Assembly (NCBI GenBank): GCA_951406725.2
Contig: OX597821.1
Coordinates: forward strand, 50,034,001 to 50,098,000
Length of the DNA stretch: 64,000 bases
Reading direction: 5' to 3'
Source of the DNA: Octopus vulgaris
Taxonomy: Eukaryota
Shown here: one piece after another, positions 55,640 to 64,000 of the stretch
Numbering within the stretch: position 1 is the stretch's first letter
Layout of the letters: every line of letters begins with the position of its first letter
Position numbers and translations under genes: made by a program
Notes under the pieces: generated by a model
The model's database searches: none
What the model was told of the DNA's origin: nothing
What the model saw: only the letters and a program-made list of their open reading frames with translations

Positions 55640-57000
55640 TATTTGGTGTTACTTTGCTTCAGTGTTATTTATTTTTTACATTAATCTTAATCTTATTTCG
55701 GCCAGAGTTCTTTCGTCACACTCCTGTGACCGCATCAGTGGTCCTTTGTTTTCTTCTTTCTTATTTGTGTCTCTCCTTACTAACCGTCAGCCATTTTATA
55801 TTTCTATTGTATGTCTTCATTTGCGCATGCTTATATCTCTATGTGCGTCTATGTTTATTTAGTGTGTGTGGGGGGGATGCCTGTAATATTTGTATCTTCT
55901 GTTTATATACGTTCATGTAATTTGTTTTTGTTGTTGTTTTTGTTTATTCTTATTTTTATTTTGTTCATGTGTTTACATCCCTTTATTATTATCATTACAT
56001 ATGCTTGTATGTATGTATGACAACAATACTAGTAATAATAATAACAAATAAATAAAAAATATATAGTTATTTATTTCTATTTGTTTATTTATCTGTGTAT
56101 TTATTATGTTTTCGGGATCCTCTACCTTCATATGTTGTGGTGTGTGCTATTGTTCCATTCTAGTTTTCTATTCAGGCTAGGTTTATTTTCTATTATGTGC
56201 GTAGCTTCTGTAATTTGTCTGATTGTTGCATCTGTTCTATGTGTTGACAATATTTTAATTTCTATGTTGTTGATTGATCCCCCGTGTTCCTATTCGGCGT
56301 GTTGGTACAGAATCGATGAGCTTTTACCTTCCTTGAGTTGTCTCCAATTTTTCATTTACCCGCTCTCCTATGCTTCTTGCCGTTTCCCCTATGTATGTCG
56401 TTGTCTTGTTACTGCATCGTCCCTCTATACATCTTATACTATAGACTACATTTCTGGCTTTACAGTTTGTTTGTGGGCTAAATCTACATACAGTACAGTA
56501 CTTATCAGTACAGGGGGTTCTACTAAAAGGATAGGTTCTACCAATTATAGATTTGATAGGGTTGCCTGGCTTTTCAACAACCTTAATCCTTAACTTAAGT
56601 TTGTCTAGGGTCCTTCTAAAGTGGTACGCCAGTTCACCTCCAGGGGTGGTGTCAACGAACATGACACTGGTATTTATGGCTATCATACCAAGAGTTGGCC
56701 TTCCCTATTTTCTTTTTTGTCCTTTCTATAGTGTTCCATGACTTGTTCCTATAGAGTGGGCAAATCCCATTCCTATCATTACATAATATATTATCAAATT
56801 TCTTCATGGCTCCTTTGTATACTCTGATCCTTTCTTTATGGCTGTAACCTGAGAACTGCATGCGGTGAATGAAATATTGTATGTGTCTCTTTAACTCTGT
56901 AGGCTCGCACATGCGTGACACATTTCTCATTATTCTGACGAGGTCTGCCATCAAAATATTGAATTTGGCATTGTCCGCAATGGCTGAGTTCCACCGGAAC
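55640..57000 (-). mobile_element. 5'-truncated Penelope-like element (RT C-terminus, Cys-rich linker, GIY-YIG endonuclease; Neptune-like)
   Basis: ORF 56652..57059 has LVRIMRNVS...RMQFSGYSHKER...PLYRNKSW. ORF 56324..56686 has MFVDTTPGGELA...CTDKYCTVC...CKARNVVYSIRC...YIGETARSIGERVNE. A frameshifted tail reads IRQITEATHIIENKPSLNRKLEW. Confidence 0.9.
55702..55741 (-). ncRNA. Hammerhead-like motif with variant core in the PLE 3' region
   Basis: Minus strand cca-CTGATGCG-gtcaca-ggag-tgtgac-GAAA-gaac-TC-tgg, in the same orientation as the GIY-YIG ORF. Confidence 0.5.
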
Positions 57001-57239
57001 TCAGAATAATGCATATATGGGTACAGGACGTCACCAACAGTAAACAACAGGAAATACAAAAATTAATGAGTTAACTACGCAAAGAACGAGAGAAAAATGG
57101 AAAACAGGACACGTAACACAAAGAACGACCCTTCATCAGTTGTTGACTGTCTATATACTCCTCATTTCGAGCACTGAACGACAATATGAGCCTTCGAAGA
57201 CAGCTGGTCCCATAAATACCAAAATAAAATTTTGGATTT

Positions 57240-57280
<41 letters not shown>

Positions 57281-57371
57281 GAGACGCAATGGCCCAGTGG
57301 TGAGTGTTTATTGAGCGAAAACACCTAAAGTTCCACAAGGCTCCGGCAGAGGGTGATGGCGATCCCTGCTG

Positions 57372-57430
<59 letters not shown>

Positions 57431-57771
57431 CATGTATATGATAATGGGTTAGCTGGCCAAAATTTTGCAGTCACTGTCGTTGCAACCTCTTTGCATAAAA
57501 ATAAAAAATGCGCGGTCATATCTAATTTTTGCTATCCCCTCCATACACACACATTGTAATGGTTATGATGCATAGTCTAATTCTAATTATCATTTCCTGT
57601 ATTCCAAAAACCATATCAGATGTACATATTCGTCAGCAAGTTGTTCTGTATTTGTTGGTTGCATTTTTAATTCGGAATGCCGAGACATTTTAAAAGTTTT
57701 GCAAATTATTGTTGTTAAATTTGAATGGAGACGCCTTATTTCTTCTAAATAAGTCAGTCACATTTTTGTAG

Positions 57772-57997
57772 AGATCTTCGAAGGTAAATGAAAAGTAAAA
57801 AATCTAGAATTAAGTACATGCAACGAGGGAATCATATATATCAGTATAATGAATCTAACAACACAATACAATTATGCTATAATAACTAAATTTATTTTTC
57901 TAATATCTCTTTGATTTCAGCAATGACACAAGCGTTTAATAAAATTGGGTCTGGAAATGTACTGTACTTTTGGTCTTTGATAGTTGGTGTTATTGTT

Positions 57998-58015
<18 letters not shown>
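57772..58015 (+). CDS. Candidate 12-nt microexon (57772-57783) plus terminal exon (57921-58015) encoding a hydrophobic C-terminus
   Basis: tttttgtag|AGATCTTCGAAG|gtaaat, then tctctttgatttcag|CA ATG... The splice phases match and give IFEAMTQAFNKIGSGNVLYFWSLIVGVIVVYFMA*. No homology support. Confidence 0.3.
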
Positions 58016-62000
<3,985 letters not shown>

Positions 62001-62294
62001 GGTTCGCTTTGCAACGGCGTGGTCCCGAATTCGATCCCACTGCTTAATATCTTGGGCAAGTTTCATTATCTATAGCCTCTGATCGACCCATGCCTTGTGA
62101 GTGATACTGAGCCGATGGGAATTTAATAGAAACTCGATGAGTATATTGTAGATAAAGTCTTGTTATACACTGTGTCGCGCTGATTCTGCGTTAGAATAGT
62201 AACTGTGTCTGTGAAATGCTCACTGACCTATACGTTGATTCAGAAGCAGAAAATTAAGCTGATTGAACAACAGAATCTTAATCGTTGAATGACG

Positions 62295-62856
62295 GATATC
62301 CACTATAAAGCTGAAATGCGAAAAAGTTGTTTGTCTCATTTTGGGATGGGAACGGTTTAAGGGGTCGGATTGGCGCCAAAATTTACAGGGACATGTAAAA
62401 AGAGGCGACGAAGCGACTGGATTTGGTTAGAAACCCTATCTCAAAAGCTGTGGTTACTAGAGCAACAAAACCCAAACTTTGACAAATGTTGGTCGTTTCT
62501 CTCTTTCGGATATCACCCTGTCTTCCCCGATCTCTCTCTTTCCTTCTTTCTCTCCACAATCTCTCTATAACGATGTCTGACACCTTCCACTCTCATTCCC
62601 TCTCCGCCTTCGCCGTCTCTCTGTCACTCTTTCTTCGACCACCTCTCTCACTGTACGTCTGTCTGTATCTATAGAGAGAAAGCGTTGACAGCCGCAAAAG
62701 TTTAAATATTCCCGCCACAGATCTTTTAGAACGGTGAATTATTATCGACCACCACCACACAATCATAACAGATATTATTAATCAGATATATTGTGTTAAT
62801 TTATATATGTGTGTGTGTATAAATATATATATATAATGTGTATACATATATATATG

Positions 62857-62930
<74 letters not shown>

Positions 62931-63212
62931 CATGTATATATATATGCGTATATATATATATATATATATATATGATGTGTGCATATGAGGTCGGATTGAG
63001 CTGAAAATATGCACACCTATGTTAAAAGTACTAGCGAGTTTGCATGGCAACTTTGAGTTTGCTCAATTGAAAGGCATGGCCTCTAGGGCAAAATTCCTCA
63101 TCTTTTAAAATGTGGCCCGCGTAGACCCGAATAACATCGGGTTATAATACCGAAACAAGTAAAACAATAATAAACTATTTTAATCCCGAGCAAGGCCTGG
63201 TATATCTGTCTA
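62295..63212 (+). mobile_element. Possible non-autonomous Helitron-like element
   Basis: Degenerate 3' hairpin cccgagcaaggcctgg followed by tatatctgtcta, a second hairpin acccgaataacatcgggt at ~63125, and internal microsatellites. Confidence 0.35.
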
Positions 63213-63213
63213 A

Positions 63214-63720
63214 TCTATAAAATGAAGAAGGCGAACGTTGATACAACTTGGATTTTTATTTAAAAAGGGATCTAAATGGGGCTGGAAGGGGATTAAAATT
63301 TACAGGAGGGGGTAACTTGAGGTGAGAAATTTATTGGGAGACGTTTTGGGGCACTACAGTGGTTGCTTTCGTGTGAAAACGAGGATTTTATTGATTTTTG
63401 GGGACAGTTAGGGGTCTAGATTGGACACCTTTTGCTCGATTTCAATCAAATTTTCAACATGGTAAAGTAGAAGCGTATTTGTAATTTAAGCGCGGAAATC
63501 TAATTTTTTTATAAATGGGAGATAGATAGATAGAGAAAGATAGAGAGTCAGAGAAAGCGAGGTAGAGTCCGAGAGAAAGGAAGAGTAAGAGAGTGGGAAA
63601 GTGAGAGAGAAAGGAGAGAGAAACAAAGAGGAAGAATGTGGCGATAAGAAACAGAAAGGAAGCAACTGAAAGTAACAAACACACCCTCACCGGCGCGTAG
63701 AGCGGGTCACCTTCAGCTAG
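63214..63720 (+). mobile_element. Non-autonomous Helitron-like element
   Basis: Starts A|TCtataaaa and ends with the GC-rich imperfect hairpin ccggcgcgtagagcggg, a 10-nt spacer and CTAG|T. Confidence 0.55.
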
Positions 63721-64000
63721 TATTCCTCTATAAAATCCCATGTAGTTAGAGACAGTCTTAAAAAGGAAAAACTGAAGTTCCCAAGATGTCAAAACAGGAA
63801 CAAGAGAAATATTAATAATTTTACCACGGAAATCAGATATATCCTCTCAAAAGTTAATTATCCTTATTTACAGGAATCACTTTTTATTAATCAATCTTTT
63901 GGTGAGGAATGTCATGTTTGAAATTATTTTTGGATGAGATCTGTCAAGTTTATAGGGGCAACGTGGCTCGCAGAAAATACCAATATATGTTTTGGTGAGA

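Overview
This is an AT-rich, repeat-dominated eukaryotic window. The SINE families and microsatellite load resemble an octopus or other cephalopod genome, which is my inference and was not checked by a search. There is no intact long host gene, and most listed ORFs are microsatellite artefacts. Identifiable content is decayed L1/Tx1-like LINEs, R4/Dong-like LINEs sitting inside (AAT)n tracts, mariner/Tc1/maT/pogo relics, Penelope-like (GIY-YIG) relics, Helitron-like and Merlin-like non-autonomous elements, and many tRNA-derived SINEs. There is also a 1.8 kb local duplication, a 4x ~1.03 kb tandem array, and two weak candidate host terminal exons. The most notable feature is a young non-coding element at 53216-54585, built from ~495-nt highly structured units in tandem plus an inverted copy. 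It carries three intact type I hammerhead ribozyme motifs (CUGAUGA...GAAA...GUC), so it is a candidate retrozyme or circular-RNA-forming element. It lies among Penelope-like relics and several other hammerhead-like motifs, most of them embedded in TA-rich microsatellites.
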